Below are positions 20,934-32,251 of a stretch of DNA of 64,000 bases, piece after piece; within the stretch, counting starts at the first letter, position 1, and each line of letters opens with the position of its first letter. The translations under genes and the position numbers were made by a program. Source of the stretch: Meyerozyma guilliermondii (taxonomy: Eukaryota); the NCBI GenBank assembly GCA_051546255.1, contig CP128815.1, positions 558,001-622,000 of the forward strand, in the 5' to 3' direction. Under the pieces are notes generated by a model. That model had not been told where the DNA came from, did not search any database, and worked only from the letters and a program-made list of their open reading frames with translations.

Positions 20934-22200
20934 CTAGTCCAACGAAGAAGCACCAGTAATGATATCCACCAATTCGTTGGTAATAACAGCTTGTCTGGTT
21001 CTGTTGTACAAAATGGAGTAAGAACTGATCATGTCACCGGCATTCTTGGAAGCGTTATCCATAGCGTTTCTTCTAGCCGAGATCTCAGAAGCGTAACCTT
21101 CAGCCATGGCAGTCAAGAGAGAGTTAGCCAAGGAAAATTCCGAGAGAGTAGAAGACACATCTTCGCCTTCCAACTCGTACTTGGACAAACCAGGAGCCTT
21201 TTCAATGGCATCAGCGGCAAACACACCAAACTTGGAAGGTTCGAAAGACACACCCGAAACAAATTTGTTGTATAAAATCTCGATGTTGTCGTACTTTCCG
21301 ACTTTTTGAATTTCATCGGCAATCAAAGCCACCTCGTTGAAAGTAGGAGCCTCTCTACCAACACCATTGAATGCCAATTTGAGGTTGTCAGCGTGGGTTC
21401 TGGACAATTGAGCTCTAACCTTGTCACCCACAGTGACGATGTCAGCATTACCGTTCAACTCCAGGAATCTCTTTCTGGCAGCCTTCGAGATCTGGGTGTG
21501 AATGGAACCACACAATCCTTTGTCTGAAGAAACAACAATCAACAATGTCTTTTCGTCTTCGGACTTTTCAGGCTCAGCGTTCTCGAAGAATTCAGAGTCA
21601 GACTTGTTGAAAACTCTCGAGGCAGCCATGGCTCTCTGGGCCTTGTTCAATCTGGTAGAGGCAACAATTTTCATGGTGTTTGTGATTTTTTCAATGTTCT
21701 TAATGGACTTGAGACGCATTTCAATATCACGCAAAGTGGCATAGTTTCTGAGTTAGTATAGGATGGAGAAGGTGAAGTTATAAGCAACTGGAACAAGAAA
21801 TTCAACTTGGACCGTCAACATTTTCCATTGAAGGTGGATTTTGGTATTCGAGAGCCTCTGTTTTAACACTTGGTCGAGGGATTTATGTGATTTAATGATT
21901 CACTTGATGATTGATTTCAGCATAGTTCTCAGCGATTTGCTATCAAAATGCCCCAAATTTTCGTACCACATGTCCCACCTCTATAATTCAATCGCAGTAA
22001 TCAATTCACGTCAAATACTTGAACCATCATCGACTTTTCAGCAATTTCCATAAAACAGTTTCGATGATTTTATCCAATTTCTACAAGTTGCCATCTTATC
22101 CAATTGCTTTTCCTTCCAAGAATTGCTATCGCTTCAATTAGCGTAGTACTTACCTAGCTCCGCCTTGGCGGGCGACCTGTGCAACACCTAAACGAAACAT
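20934..22200 (-). CDS. ATP3: Mitochondrial F1-ATP synthase gamma subunit, two exons (22200-22154, 21747-20934), 286 aa
   Basis: ATLRDIEMRLKSIKNIEKIT, SDKGLCG, RTRQAVITNEL. Exon 1 MFRLGVAQVARQGGA-R joins NYATLR in frame. Confidence 0.96.
21748..22153 (-). other. Spliceosomal intron of ATP3 (406 nt)
   Basis: GTAAGT ... TACTAAC-T-CAG on the minus strand; a phase-2 join restores the frame. Confidence 0.9.
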
Positions 22201-22564
22201 GATGAATAGGCCGTGGTGAGGACGTTTGTTCCGGCTCGGGTCGCAGAAAGAATTTCATTGGCTGGAGTGTGGGCGGGACACGACCTGGAGTGTGAGAGTG
22301 CAGATAACCCAGCAATGGGGGAGTGGTTTAAGAGTAAATAGCACTGGAGCAGTTGTATATGGTTCGTGTATTATTACATGCAGTGGCGGATGCCATGAGT
22401 CAGATCACGTTTGTGGTTTCGTGACGATTTCGAATGCATCTGTTAAAAAAAAGATAAGAAAGTGCACTCCATAAACGCCTCAATTCTCCACTTATGTGTT
22501 CTTGGAAGCAGCCAGGGGATACTCGGCTCCCCTAAACTCCTCCATGTTCGTTGTAGTTGCTTTT

Positions 22565-22911
22565 TTACTGCAGAGGGTCATTCTTTTGGTATCCCAAGTA
22601 TCCTTGGACGGGATAAGTCTCGATCATCTTCATGTATTTCAAGATCAAAGGACGGCAATTTCTCTGGGCATCATCTCCGTGGTACTGTTTGCACTTGCGC
22701 AACGCCTCATGGGTTACACGGAGCGCTTGGTTGCGAATCCATTGTTCTCTAAGCATGGACTTTCTGGCCTTGTCGACATCGGGGAAGTTTTCGTAATCGA
22801 TATCGTCAAAAGACACGAGGTCTGGCCTCTGGTGCCGTTCGTAGTTGCTCAATGCTGTGTTAGAACCGGTGTTGTCACGTAAAATTATCGTATATCGTGA
22901 AACTTACCCAT
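22565..22911 (-). CDS. Complex I accessory subunit NDUFB10-like (12 kDa, NIDM), two exons (22911-22908, 22854-22565)
   Basis: LVSFDDIDY, SMLREQWIR, CKQYHG...NCRPL, YQKNDPS; ATG-G micro-exon and 53-nt intron 22907-22855 (GTAAGT...TTCTAAC-A-CAG). Confidence 0.85.
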
Positions 22912-23052
22912 ACTGTCACCTGTAATATCAAATTTCAACACTTTTAACTGGAGGAGCGCGGCGGTGCGCGCACGACCTTAGCAGTTTGGGGTGCTTCAGG
23001 TGTCTGGCTGCGCTTGTGGCTTCAACACTTCTAAATACGTGGGTCAGCATCC

Positions 23053-25911
23053 ATGAGTAATGCCAAAACTTCTGGGGGTTCCCAGCGGACGCAGACGGTA
23101 GTGTACAGCGTCAATGGTCTGTGGGTGGCGTATGCACACGCCTTCTTTGCATATAGTGCATTTTTTGCTGCATTAATTGTTGGATGCTGGCTTCATTATC
23201 ACAAGATTGTCAAAAATGCTTCCTTTGGATATCCAGATGAATGGTTTCCGAGTGTCTCTGCCACCATTGGTGATCGGTACCCCGAAAGATCGCTTTTTCA
23301 GGTATTGATAGCGGTAACTTCCGGACCTCGGTTTCTTCTTTTGGCATTGAACTATTTCATATGTGCTGAAAATGGTCCGCTTCTCGCAACTATTGGGGTT
23401 GTTTGTGGTATTATGCGAACATTCACATGTGGAGGATGGGTCTATATCACCTCTACCGATGACCATGATTGGCATGACATTTTTATGATCGCCTATATTT
23501 TGCTCACCATTCCATGGACAGTGTGTATGAGCGTGCTTTCTCCCAAAGGGTCCATTGTACGCCGTGGTAGAACCTGGACCGCCATTGCATTTTTTTCCAC
23601 CTTGGTCCCTTTGGTGTACTGGTTTATTCAACACAAGGTCCATGTTCGTCCCGGAGCATACTCCATCTATGCTTATTTCGAGTGGGCCCTTATTCTCTTG
23701 GATGTGGGTTTCGATACGTGGTCGGTAGTGGATTTCGCCGATATTGAGATCACCATTGGCAGTGGAATCTTGGTGAAGAAAATTGTGCCAATTGAGTCGA
23801 AAAAAATTGATTCAAAAATCGATTTAAAAGTTGTCTCAACTTCTTCGTCTTTTTCGTTTCTTCCCTTTGCTGCACATGTGGTCAATTCATTCACCTTCTG
23901 GTCGGTTCTCTCGGCATTGTTCCTCGCTGTGTGGTACTTTCCCCTTTGGCATATGGGTATTTCTGGCTACGAAGCAGCCATAGTAACTTACTTTGTACCT
24001 CACTTTTTGTTGGCAGTTCCGCACTTAAAGTCCTTCTTGGCATCGTACCCATTGGTCACCAGAGTTTTGGCGGTTCTCTTTGGAATTGGAGCCTACAAGA
24101 TCGAAGAACCAGAACATAAGCTACTTTCAATTTCCATTGGAACCGCTTTTTCCGTCGTCTCTTTGGCCAGCGAATCCTCCGCGGCTTCCTCAGATCCTCA
24201 AACGTTGAAGGAATATGCCGTAGCTCAAGTTCTAGGACTCATGGCTACCTCGGTATTCAAGTATATGTGCTTCTCCAATAACCCTATTTGGCCAGTGATG
24301 CACAAAGAAAACGGTGGATATAACGAGATTGGAATCTTTGTGTGCTTGGTGGGAGCACTCTTCACCCCCAAGTACTCAACTGCTTCGAAGCCAGTAGAGA
24401 AGAGATCATCTCTCCTCTTGTCTGCTCTTGGGTTTGGTGGCTACTTTTTCTCGCTTCAATATCTTTTGGGCGACTCTTCCACCCTCATCATGTGGGCCTG
24501 GGATGGATATCCCATTACTGGTCCAACCCCAGTGACCGGGGCTCTCTTTCATTTTGGTGCGTTTGCCGGTGGAATTCTTGCTGCGTCGAAGCTTAATCCT
24601 CAAACGTTCACATCGGTATTCTACAACATTTTGGTGGGAGGAGTATCTGCATTTGTGCTCTACTACTTCCCTGGATGGGTGGGGTACGCCGGCTCTTGCT
24701 CGTATACCTTTTATCTCGCTTCCATTTCACCGCTTGTGTGGAGAATCATCAGCGGTCACAATCCCGCTGCGTTTTTCACACTTTCGTTTTTTTTCACAAT
24801 TGTGATTTCGTTGGCTTCTGTTTGGATCGTTGCGTACGCATTCGTGCCTGGTGGGTTTCTTTTGAGAGAAAGAACCGATATAGTCTTGGGAACTTCTTTC
24901 TTGATGGTGTTGGTTGGGGTCTGGCAAAACACCAGTGTCCAAGTAAAAAAGACTACTGGTTCAATTGTCAAGAACTCCCTAACTTTTATTGCTGTTCTTT
25001 TGGCCCTCGCTACAGCAGTAACCTTTAATCGTACTCCGGTCGGCGAATTCACGCCGTACAATCCAAGCTCGGGGTCGTTCACCGCAGGAATCTGGTGTGT
25101 CCATTTTGGTCTCGACAACGATATGTGGTCGAGTGAAACAAGAATGTTAAATCTTCTTCGTGACGCTCAAGTGGACATTGTTGGTTTACTCGAAACTGAC
25201 ACCCAACGACTCATTGGAGGTAATCGTGATTTCAGTCAAACCATAGCTCACGAGCTAGGCATGTACGCCGACTATGGACCAGGTCCAAACAAGCATACTT
25301 GGGGAGCTGTGCTCTTGTCCAAGTTCCCGATCCTTAGGTCTACTCATCATTTGATGCCTTCGCCAGTTGGAGAATTGGCGCCTGCTATCCATGCCACTTT
25401 GGATATTTATGGTGAAGAAGTCGACGTTGTTGTGTTCCACTCGGGCCAGGAAGAAGACGAAGAAGACCGTCGTTTGCAAAGTCTCAAGTTGGCGGAAATC
25501 ATGGGCAGTTCTGACCGTCCTTTGGTTCTTCTCAGTTATCTTGTCACCGAGCCATTACAGGGTAACTACAACACCTATGTTAGCGAAGCGTCCGGGATGC
25601 ATGATATTGATAGCACAGATTGGGACCGATGGTGCGAGTACATTTTGTTCAGGGATGTGAAAAAAGTGGCATATGCCCGGATTTCTCGTTCTACAATCAC
25701 CGACACTGAGCTTCAAATTGCCAAATTCAAGTTGCTTACAGAAGATGAGAAAAACAATTTCGACGAGGATCTCATCTACGGAAACCATTTTATTGATGAA
25801 GAGGATGTTCCAGAAGAATTGAGAATGCCCCAGATGTTTAGAGGAGACGGGGTAAGGGACCATCGGTACCATGTATTTGATGAGCCTCGGTACTTTGCAC
25901 AGTCGCGATAA
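23053..25911 (+). CDS. CWH43: GPI lipid remodelase Cwh43 (PGAP2-like N-terminus plus DNase-I-like domain)
   Basis: YPDEWFPSVSATIGDRYPERS, GGWVYITSTDDHDWHDIFM, GPGPNKHTWG, HSGQEED. Confidence 0.95.
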   Translation: MSNAKTSGGSQRTQTVVYSVNGLWVAYAHAFFAYSAFFAALIVGCWLHYHKIVKNASFGYPDEWFPSVSATIGDRYPERSLFQVLIAVTSGPRFLLLALNYFICAENGPLLATIGVVCGIMRTFTCGGWVYITSTDDHDWHDIFMIAYILLTIPWTVCMSVLSPKGSIVRRGRTWTAIAFFSTLVPLVYWFIQHKVHVRPGAYSIYAYFEWALILLDVGFDTWSVVDFADIEITIGSGILVKKIVPIESKKIDSKIDLKVVSTSSSFSFLPFAAHVVNSFTFWSVLSALFLAVWYFPLWHMGISGYEAAIVTYFVPHFLLAVPHLKSFLASYPLVTRVLAVLFGIGAYKIEEPEHKLLSISIGTAFSVVSLASESSAASSDPQTLKEYAVAQVLGLMATSVFKYMCFSNNPIWPVMHKENGGYNEIGIFVCLVGALFTPKYSTASKPVEKRSSLLLSALGFGGYFFSLQYLLGDSSTLIMWAWDGYPITGPTPVTGALFHFGAFAGGILAASKLNPQTFTSVFYNILVGGVSAFVLYYFPGWVGYAGSCSYTFYLASISPLVWRIISGHNPAAFFTLSFFFTIVISLASVWIVAYAFVPGGFLLRERTDIVLGTSFLMVLVGVWQNTSVQVKKTTGSIVKNSLTFIAVLLALATAVTFNRTPVGEFTPYNPSSGSFTAGIWCVHFGLDNDMWSSETRMLNLLRDAQVDIVGLLETDTQRLIGGNRDFSQTIAHELGMYADYGPGPNKHTWGAVLLSKFPILRSTHHLMPSPVGELAPAIHATLDIYGEEVDVVVFHSGQEEDEEDRRLQSLKLAEIMGSSDRPLVLLSYLVTEPLQGNYNTYVSEASGMHDIDSTDWDRWCEYILFRDVKKVAYARISRSTITDTELQIAKFKLLTEDEKNNFDEDLIYGNHFIDEEDVPEELRMPQMFRGDGVRDHRYHVFDEPRYFAQSR

Positions 25912-26118
25912 TTGAAAAAGCGATAGCTGGAAAATTTGCAATAATATATAATTTTGAAAATCGTTGATATTAGAGTGTAGTTGAAGTAGAAAGTATAGGT
26001 AGTAGTGATTTGCAGTAGAAGCTATATGGTAGTCTTGAGTAGTATAATCTATTTCATTTCCTCCAATGGTTCGGTTCCTGCACCCACTCATATAATCTCG
26101 TTATCGTAATTTTGCGGC

Positions 26119-26616
26119 ATGCCTGAGTTTGTAAAGTCCAATCCCAATGCAGTTTTGGCGCCACCAAAGGAACCGGAAAACCCTCCCGTAGATATAGAGG
26201 ACACGGAGCGCAAAACATTATACGATCAACTTAAGGAAAGCAAAGGTATGTAGGATTGCAAATTGTACTTTGAAACCATACTAACCTTAGAACAAAAACA
26301 ACTCGAGTTTGAGCAAAAATTTCAAGTCCAGAATGCCACATACAAGCTAGACGACAAGTCTGCAAAGTTTTACGCGGAACTTAGTCGAAAAAGGAAAGAA
26401 AAGGAAGAATTAAAGAAACAAGAAGATGATCGAGAACTTGACCGATTTCGCAGATTGCAAAAAAAAGCACCAAAAGAAGAAGAAAAGCAAAACTTGAAAT
26501 CAATAACTATCAAACGGAAACAGAAGGAGTCTCCTCAGCCCGAAAAAGCCAAGAAACCAAAACCTGAACCCCAAAATACCATCCTTTCAGGCTACTCCAG
26601 CGAAGACGAAGACTAG
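26119..26616 (+). CDS. FYV6: Fyv6/FAM192A (NIP30) family splicing factor, two exons (26119-26245, 26291-26616), 150 aa
   Basis: Spliced product has KTLYDQLKESKEQKQLEFEQKF, matching the FAM192A/Fyv6 N-domain pattern, and C-terminal LSGYSSEDED; 45-nt intron GTATGT...TACTAAC-CT-TAG at 26246-26290. Confidence 0.82.
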
Positions 26617-26674
26617 TTACCCGGCCCAATCAATAGTGCGACTAACCGAATTTTTCATGGTCCAAGTCTGAAGT

Positions 26675-26944
26675 ATGCTAGGTAACGTTTTGGAGGCGGC
26701 CACCAGGCTCGTGTTCACCAAACGGCCCTTTGCCAACATGCTCATCCAGACCCGCTTCAAAATGAAAACTCACAAAGCTGCAGCTAAGCGCTTTATTAAG
26801 ACCGGACAAGGATTGAAAAGGAAACAAGCCGGCCGGAATCATGGAAATGGAGGATTTAGTGCCAATTCCATTAGACAATTGGACTCATTTGTTCCAGTGA
26901 CCAACAAGGGAAACCACTTGAAGAAGTTACAGAGGTACCTCTAA
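26675..26944 (+). CDS. Mitochondrial ribosomal protein bL35m
   Basis: KMKTHKAAAKRF...KRKQAGRNHGN L35 motif after a presequence; next to NMA111 like YNL122C. Confidence 0.88.
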   Translation: MLGNVLEAATRLVFTKRPFANMLIQTRFKMKTHKAAAKRFIKTGQGLKRKQAGRNHGNGGFSANSIRQLDSFVPVTNKGNHLKKLQRYL

Positions 26945-27015
26945 TCTTGTAAATACGATAATACGAAATTTTGACGATCGGTTGTAGTTTTCATGATTAA
27001 TGCAATTATACAAGT

Positions 27016-29991
27016 CTATACTTTATGTTCTGTTTCCTCCCACTCGCCGTTCACTTTCTTGAGTTCGAACGTGGGAAAGTAGTGATAGTTGGTCTTGACG
27101 GAGATGGCAACCGGAATGCTGTCAAACGAAACTAATCGTAATTTGATGTAGGTATTATCAGGAATCCCTTTAACCACCAGAACAAATGATTCAAGGGTTT
27201 TGGTTTCGGTGTCGTTCACATGGGTAATAAAGCTGTTTGTGGCAATGCCATATTGATTAGCGGGCCCTCCCGAGTTCTTCTTTGTGACATAAATTTCCGA
27301 AGGTATTTTTTCAATGAGTTGACGAACTCCATGATGAGGAGCCTGGAGGATAGAACCACACCAGAACACAACGTGGCTGGTATTCAAAGTGCTGGTATCT
27401 ATGGTGGGCACGTTCAAATGCAACTCTTTTTTCTGGCGAATAACCACAAAGTCAAGTGAATCTTGGTTGTACATGATACCCAAGTCTCTCATTGTCTTCA
27501 CAATGGAGCCATTCACCGACATGACAATATCACCCGTCTTGAGAGGAGTAGCCACTTGGCCAAGTGCTGGTGCACTCACACGATCCACTGCCAAAAACTT
27601 CATTTCGTCTTCACATACTTCCTCAAACTTGGATATCCATTCTTGAGGAACTCCTCTCAATCTTCCCTGGAAAATTGTCATCGAGGCAAACTCAGCATCA
27701 AGAATACGTAAACCAGCCGGAACCTTATTTTCGTGCAAGCTTTTTATGACGCTCATCACATCGGTGACATCTAAACCCATGCGATAAACTCGATCATTGG
27801 TCTGATCGCAGTTAGTTTCACCTAGATAAGTGATCCAGAAAGCTCTTAAAGTTCCATCATAATCGGCCAAAACTCCAGAGTCACATTCCTGACTCAACTT
27901 GGAGTCTAAAAGAATACACTCCAAATTCGTACCACGATAACGAGGCGACAAACTTGCCACAGGAACATTGATAGAACTCACAGAACTGACTTTGACATCG
28001 TCAGTGACAACCCGCAAGTTGTAGTTATAGCCAACGAAGAACGCTCTCTCTCCTCTTTTCAATGGCTTATCACTAAACTTGGGAGTTTTCACATCCGCAA
28101 GCATGAGTTTAGGATCATACTTGACGATGGCATAATTTTGGTTAGGATGAAGAAACACAACCTTACCAGGAAGCTCGACAGATTCAGCAAATATAACGAA
28201 AATGTCACACATGTCATGAGGAACAAATCTTCTGGAAACAAGTACGTATCCGTTAGCTGCATCAACAACGACCCCGTACCCAATTTCTCTGCGGTAAGGA
28301 TAGGAATCCACTGGAACAGGAGCGATGGTACGTACTTGAACAAATGAGCGGGTCAATTGTGAGCACCCTGATTTCTCGGGATCATCAAAAGGAATATCAA
28401 TGTACTTTGCGTTTTGAGGAACTGGTTCTTCTGCTGGCAATGGTTTGTCTTGAATATCAGTAAAGTCCCAAATGCCGGTGGAATCGTTACGAACAGCCAT
28501 ACGGAAGGTGGACTGCCAGTGTCTTTCGACGTAGATAACTGTGATATTTTCAGTGTGGAAATCAGACACATGCCTGTAGGAAATGCTCACTTTTTTGCGA
28601 TCAGGAATAGACTTCATAACCTCAACAAATGCATCTAAGTTCGGTGTTGGTTTGTCGTCAACGTACTCAAGAAGCCAACCATTTTTCTCGAATGGAGACA
28701 ATTCAAACGACCCCAGACCATCGTTGATGAAAACACCTCTTACTGGAATACAGAAACAACGAGCAACTTGATACGATAAATCGTTAAATGAAGCTCCAGC
28801 AATATCCACATACCGGCTAGGCGTGATGCTGTGAAGATCACCCACCACTATATCAAACGATACTTCGTGGCCGTTTCTCTGTATGACAAATTTGAGACTC
28901 TGTCCCACCTGTTCATCGAGAATTTCATCAACGCTGATAAAAGATGCAATGGGAGTACCGTTGATGGAGATGAGAGTATCTCCCTCCTTTAGCTTACCAT
29001 CAGCTGGACCTTCAGGAAGAACTAGCTCAGCTACCAAAAGACCAATTTTGTCAGGAAATTGGCTACGAGCAGCTGCTTCTGCCTCGGGAGTTAATCCTAG
29101 ACGTCTGCACTCGTCAAAAGGCTTGAGTTGCCATTCCACTTGAATATCACCTCTGGTGATGGTTTGGCCCTGTTGTATACACTGCAAAGCTCGAAGTGGT
29201 CTGTAAACGGGAAGAAAGAAATCGGTCGATGCTTCGGTTGAGCCTCCAGCCTGCAATGCAACGGCATATCCTTCTTTATTGACAACTGGTGATCCCGAAG
29301 AACCACCAGAAGCACTGGCAGCTGCTTGAATGTATTCTGTGTTGAAATCGTTGTAAGAGAGTGTGCCGTAGTCTGGAGCATTTCTATCAAGTCTTGAGAT
29401 GAACCCAGCAAGAATAGACAATTTTTCTCCGGCATCGTTACCAACTACTCTGATTTCAGTACCAACCTGAGCCAAATCAGGGCGGAGATCAAGCTGCTCA
29501 ATTTTCATGTATCTTATATCCTTTGGATCGAATTGAAGAAACCCGAAATCATGAATAGGATCACGGTATATGGGACGAACTACCGCTTCCTCGTGGTTAT
29601 CAAACACCACGTATCCGCAAAAGGGACCTGGACCCACCACATGACGATTGGTGAGAATATATCCACGCTCGGAGTCTACAACGAAACCAGTAGCTTCACT
29701 TACAGCGGAGGATTCTGTGTCAAAATTGCTGACATGGGAGAACTGAATGGACACGACAGACTTGACCACCTTTGTGATCGTTTTCTGCCACGATGTGGTC
29801 TGTGGAAAGTAATTTTCGAGTTGTGGACTCATTTCACCTTCAGAGGAGTAGTCATCTATGTCTTCGTTATCTTCGCCGTTTGCGTTTTCAAAATCAGGAT
29901 TTGTGCTCGGAGCCACTACAGGAACATGGTCGTCGAGCCGCTTTGCCTCATTCACAGTGCCGTTGGAAAGCTTTCTTTTGCCAACTGTCAT
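27016..29991 (-). CDS. NMA111: HtrA-like nuclear serine protease Nma111
   Basis: ILTNRHVV, PIHDFG and ASGGSSGSPV catalytic-triad segments; duplicated protease/PDZ architecture; first ATG at 29991. Confidence 0.95.
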   Translation of the reverse strand: MTVGKRKLSNGTVNEAKRLDDHVPVVAPSTNPDFENANGEDNEDIDDYSSEGEMSPQLENYFPQTTSWQKTITKVVKSVVSIQFSHVSNFDTESSAVSEATGFVVDSERGYILTNRHVVGPGPFCGYVVFDNHEEAVVRPIYRDPIHDFGFLQFDPKDIRYMKIEQLDLRPDLAQVGTEIRVVGNDAGEKLSILAGFISRLDRNAPDYGTLSYNDFNTEYIQAAASASGGSSGSPVVNKEGYAVALQAGGSTEASTDFFLPVYRPLRALQCIQQGQTITRGDIQVEWQLKPFDECRRLGLTPEAEAAARSQFPDKIGLLVAELVLPEGPADGKLKEGDTLISINGTPIASFISVDEILDEQVGQSLKFVIQRNGHEVSFDIVVGDLHSITPSRYVDIAGASFNDLSYQVARCFCIPVRGVFINDGLGSFELSPFEKNGWLLEYVDDKPTPNLDAFVEVMKSIPDRKKVSISYRHVSDFHTENITVIYVERHWQSTFRMAVRNDSTGIWDFTDIQDKPLPAEEPVPQNAKYIDIPFDDPEKSGCSQLTRSFVQVRTIAPVPVDSYPYRREIGYGVVVDAANGYVLVSRRFVPHDMCDIFVIFAESVELPGKVVFLHPNQNYAIVKYDPKLMLADVKTPKFSDKPLKRGERAFFVGYNYNLRVVTDDVKVSSVSSINVPVASLSPRYRGTNLECILLDSKLSQECDSGVLADYDGTLRAFWITYLGETNCDQTNDRVYRMGLDVTDVMSVIKSLHENKVPAGLRILDAEFASMTIFQGRLRGVPQEWISKFEEVCEDEMKFLAVDRVSAPALGQVATPLKTGDIVMSVNGSIVKTMRDLGIMYNQDSLDFVVIRQKKELHLNVPTIDTSTLNTSHVVFWCGSILQAPHHGVRQLIEKIPSEIYVTKKNSGGPANQYGIATNSFITHVNDTETKTLESFVLVVKGIPDNTYIKLRLVSFDSIPVAISVKTNYHYFPTFELKKVNGEWEETEHKV

Positions 29992-30117
29992 GAGTAAATC
30001 TGAAAAATTTCGCACCGCAGTGGTAATGTGCCTGTGGGTGCAGTGGATGTGGGGATCGAAGAGCTAAGGTTGGAGATGTTGGTGAATAATGCAATCATTT
30101 GATATTCACATCTTCAA

Positions 30118-31317
30118 TCATTTGGTATTCCCAGCTTCCACGCCCACCATTTGTTTTGCTCGTGCAGTCCAGCGGTTGTAATATTCATCCTGTTGTGACA
30201 GGTAGCTCATATCGCTGGCATCGATCATGGCACCAAATCTCGCCATTAATTGCCCATTTAATCCATTTTTGGCTTCGACTTCACGGAGCCGTACTGCTCT
30301 TTCCGTGGTGGAGTTATTGTAGACGTAGGTGTTTTCTATAGTGTTGATCCAGGGCTCGTCTTTGAGAGTATTATCGACGATGTTGCACCAGAGGAGCATA
30401 TTCCATCTTGCCAATCCTCCAACTTGGTACTGGAAGAGCTGGTTCTGAAACAAGCTCCGAGCGCCCATTTTCAGTCGAAGTAGTCGGTGGTTGATGCGAA
30501 CATAGGCAGCATGAACCATGCCACAGGCAAGCAACCATTCGCTCTTTTTAGCGAATCTGTGACGTTGACCAACGAATGTTTGCAACATCTGGGCCGTAAT
30601 ATCGGCAGGAATGTAGAAATGGTTGCACATAGACACGAATTCAACAAGTGACATTTGTCTTTTCTCGCTTCGGTACTGGGCTTTGTAGGCAGCATCGTCA
30701 AGAATGGGAGGTGTAGGCGACTCCAGATCGCGTCCTGAGGGAGGTATATCCTTTGTTTTGGGATTAAATGGCGAATCGACGTCTCGGAGGTTCTTTTGGG
30801 TTCGTTTTGACGACTCAAATTCACCATCTTGATCTTGAGCGGTTTCACGAAGACGTTTTAGCGGTGAGCTTTTGTGTGGTGTGGCAGATCCAAGTCTTCT
30901 GGGGCTTCCAGAAGCCGAAGTAGACACTCCAGAAGGCGACCCATTAGCAGGAGATCCACCAGAACCAACATTTATTGTTCTTTTTCCACGCGGTGTGGAT
31001 GCGGGAGAAGAAGAAGGTGTAGACAATTCGCCCATAAGGCTATTTCGAAACTCGTCAATCACACGCATGGCTACCTTTGGCGGTACGGGGATCATGTTCA
31101 ACGAAGGAGTCGTCATGTCCAATCGTTCGTGATATTTTTCGGCTGCAAGATAAGCACAAATGTGCTGGCGAGCCACCTCTGAATTTTGCGGAAGAACCGG
31201 TTTTTTTTGAACGCTCAAATTGTACAATGCGTCAGCAAACTTGACGACAACCGCGGAAAACGGTCCCTGGTGGCCCGGAACAACGTCGCTGAGCGCCTTT
31301 GCCGTTTGATGGGACAT
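30118..31317 (-). CDS. ORC6: Origin recognition complex subunit 6
   Basis: [15 protein letters not shown] and IPVPPK motifs, central SP/TP-rich CDK-site region; lies near SET1-MSH1 as in S. cerevisiae. Confidence 0.85.
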   Translation of the reverse strand: MSHQTAKALSDVVPGHQGPFSAVVVKFADALYNLSVQKKPVLPQNSEVARQHICAYLAAEKYHERLDMTTPSLNMIPVPPKVAMRVIDEFRNSLMGELSTPSSSPASTPRGKRTINVGSGGSPANGSPSGVSTSASGSPRRLGSATPHKSSPLKRLRETAQDQDGEFESSKRTQKNLRDVDSPFNPKTKDIPPSGRDLESPTPPILDDAAYKAQYRSEKRQMSLVEFVSMCNHFYIPADITAQMLQTFVGQRHRFAKKSEWLLACGMVHAAYVRINHRLLRLKMGARSLFQNQLFQYQVGGLARWNMLLWCNIVDNTLKDEPWINTIENTYVYNNSTTERAVRLREVEAKNGLNGQLMARFGAMIDASDMSYLSQQDEYYNRWTARAKQMVGVEAGNTK

Positions 31318-31425
31318 GAAGACGTGAGCCACCTGCAGACAAATTTGGGGCTGTTGAGGGTGCGCGCTATCTGCACTCCCACACTGACCAACCAGAGCGA
31401 GCGCTTTTTCATTACAACAGGAACC

Positions 31426-31902
31426 ATGAACAGAGCCATCGTTAAAACCACATTAAACGGGTGTCGTGGGTTCTCACGGTCCACCATAGCACTCCAGAAG
31501 GCCGGAACGCCCCAGGTTTATGACCGTGGACAACAAAGGTACGAAATCATTTCGGGTGCACCCTCGGAGATGTCTACTAGCCGAGTGGTTCGGATCTTCA
31601 AAGAGTCCAAACCGGCCACCCAATCGTCCAACCACAACGGAAAAATGTGGAAAATGGACTGGGACTTGCTTGGAAAAGAGCACCGTTGGGAAGATCATTT
31701 AATTGGTTACCAATCCAGTGGAGATTACATGCAAGGAACACAGTTGAAGTTTGACACCAAGGAGTCTGCTATAAAGTTTGCCCAGAGCCAAGGATGGGAC
31801 CACTACGTACAAGAGCCCAACGTGAAGCATTTTAGGAGAAAGGATTACTCTGCTAATTTTTACCACTCTGCGGGTCCATTGAAGCATATTAGAACGAAGT
31901 GA
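31426..31902 (+). CDS. Complex I subunit NDUFS4 (NUYM)
   Basis: [55 protein letters not shown] at 31426 gives a presequence. Confidence 0.92.
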   Translation: MNRAIVKTTLNGCRGFSRSTIALQKAGTPQVYDRGQQRYEIISGAPSEMSTSRVVRIFKESKPATQSSNHNGKMWKMDWDLLGKEHRWEDHLIGYQSSGDYMQGTQLKFDTKESAIKFAQSQGWDHYVQEPNVKHFRRKDYSANFYHSAGPLKHIRTK

Positions 31903-32251
31903 GACAGCGAGCATCGAGACAGCGAAGCTGGCGAGATCAAGTGAGAGCTAGAGAGACTAGTAGGAATGAGAGATAGTGAGAGCTATTTAAAGAGAAGGAA
32001 GGAGGAGAACGAGAGAAGTATCAGCTTTGGCTTGTACTCCAATACGACCTAACATACATTCAGTGTAGAAATTAGTAGTACCAAACATAAGAACACTCTG
32101 AGCAAACAGTACCACTCTCACCACACCTCATATATTATCTTTCAATTCTTCTTTATTTTTCGACTCTCTATTTTTCTTTATCGCACTCTTTTCTTACTTC
32201 TCACTTCACTTCTCACTTCGCACGCGAATTTGCGCCGTTCCTTCTTCTCTC

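Noticed and set aside
21915..22035. Possible box C/D snoRNA in the long ATP3 intron
   Set aside because: Only an imperfect box C (ATGATGG) and generic CTGA tetramers; no terminal stem or rRNA guide identified by eye. An Infernal/snoscan search would settle it.
31915..32250. Strong purine tract followed by a pyrimidine tract between NDUFS4 and SET1
   Set aside because: No extended complementarity seen; consistent with an ordinary terminator and promoter.
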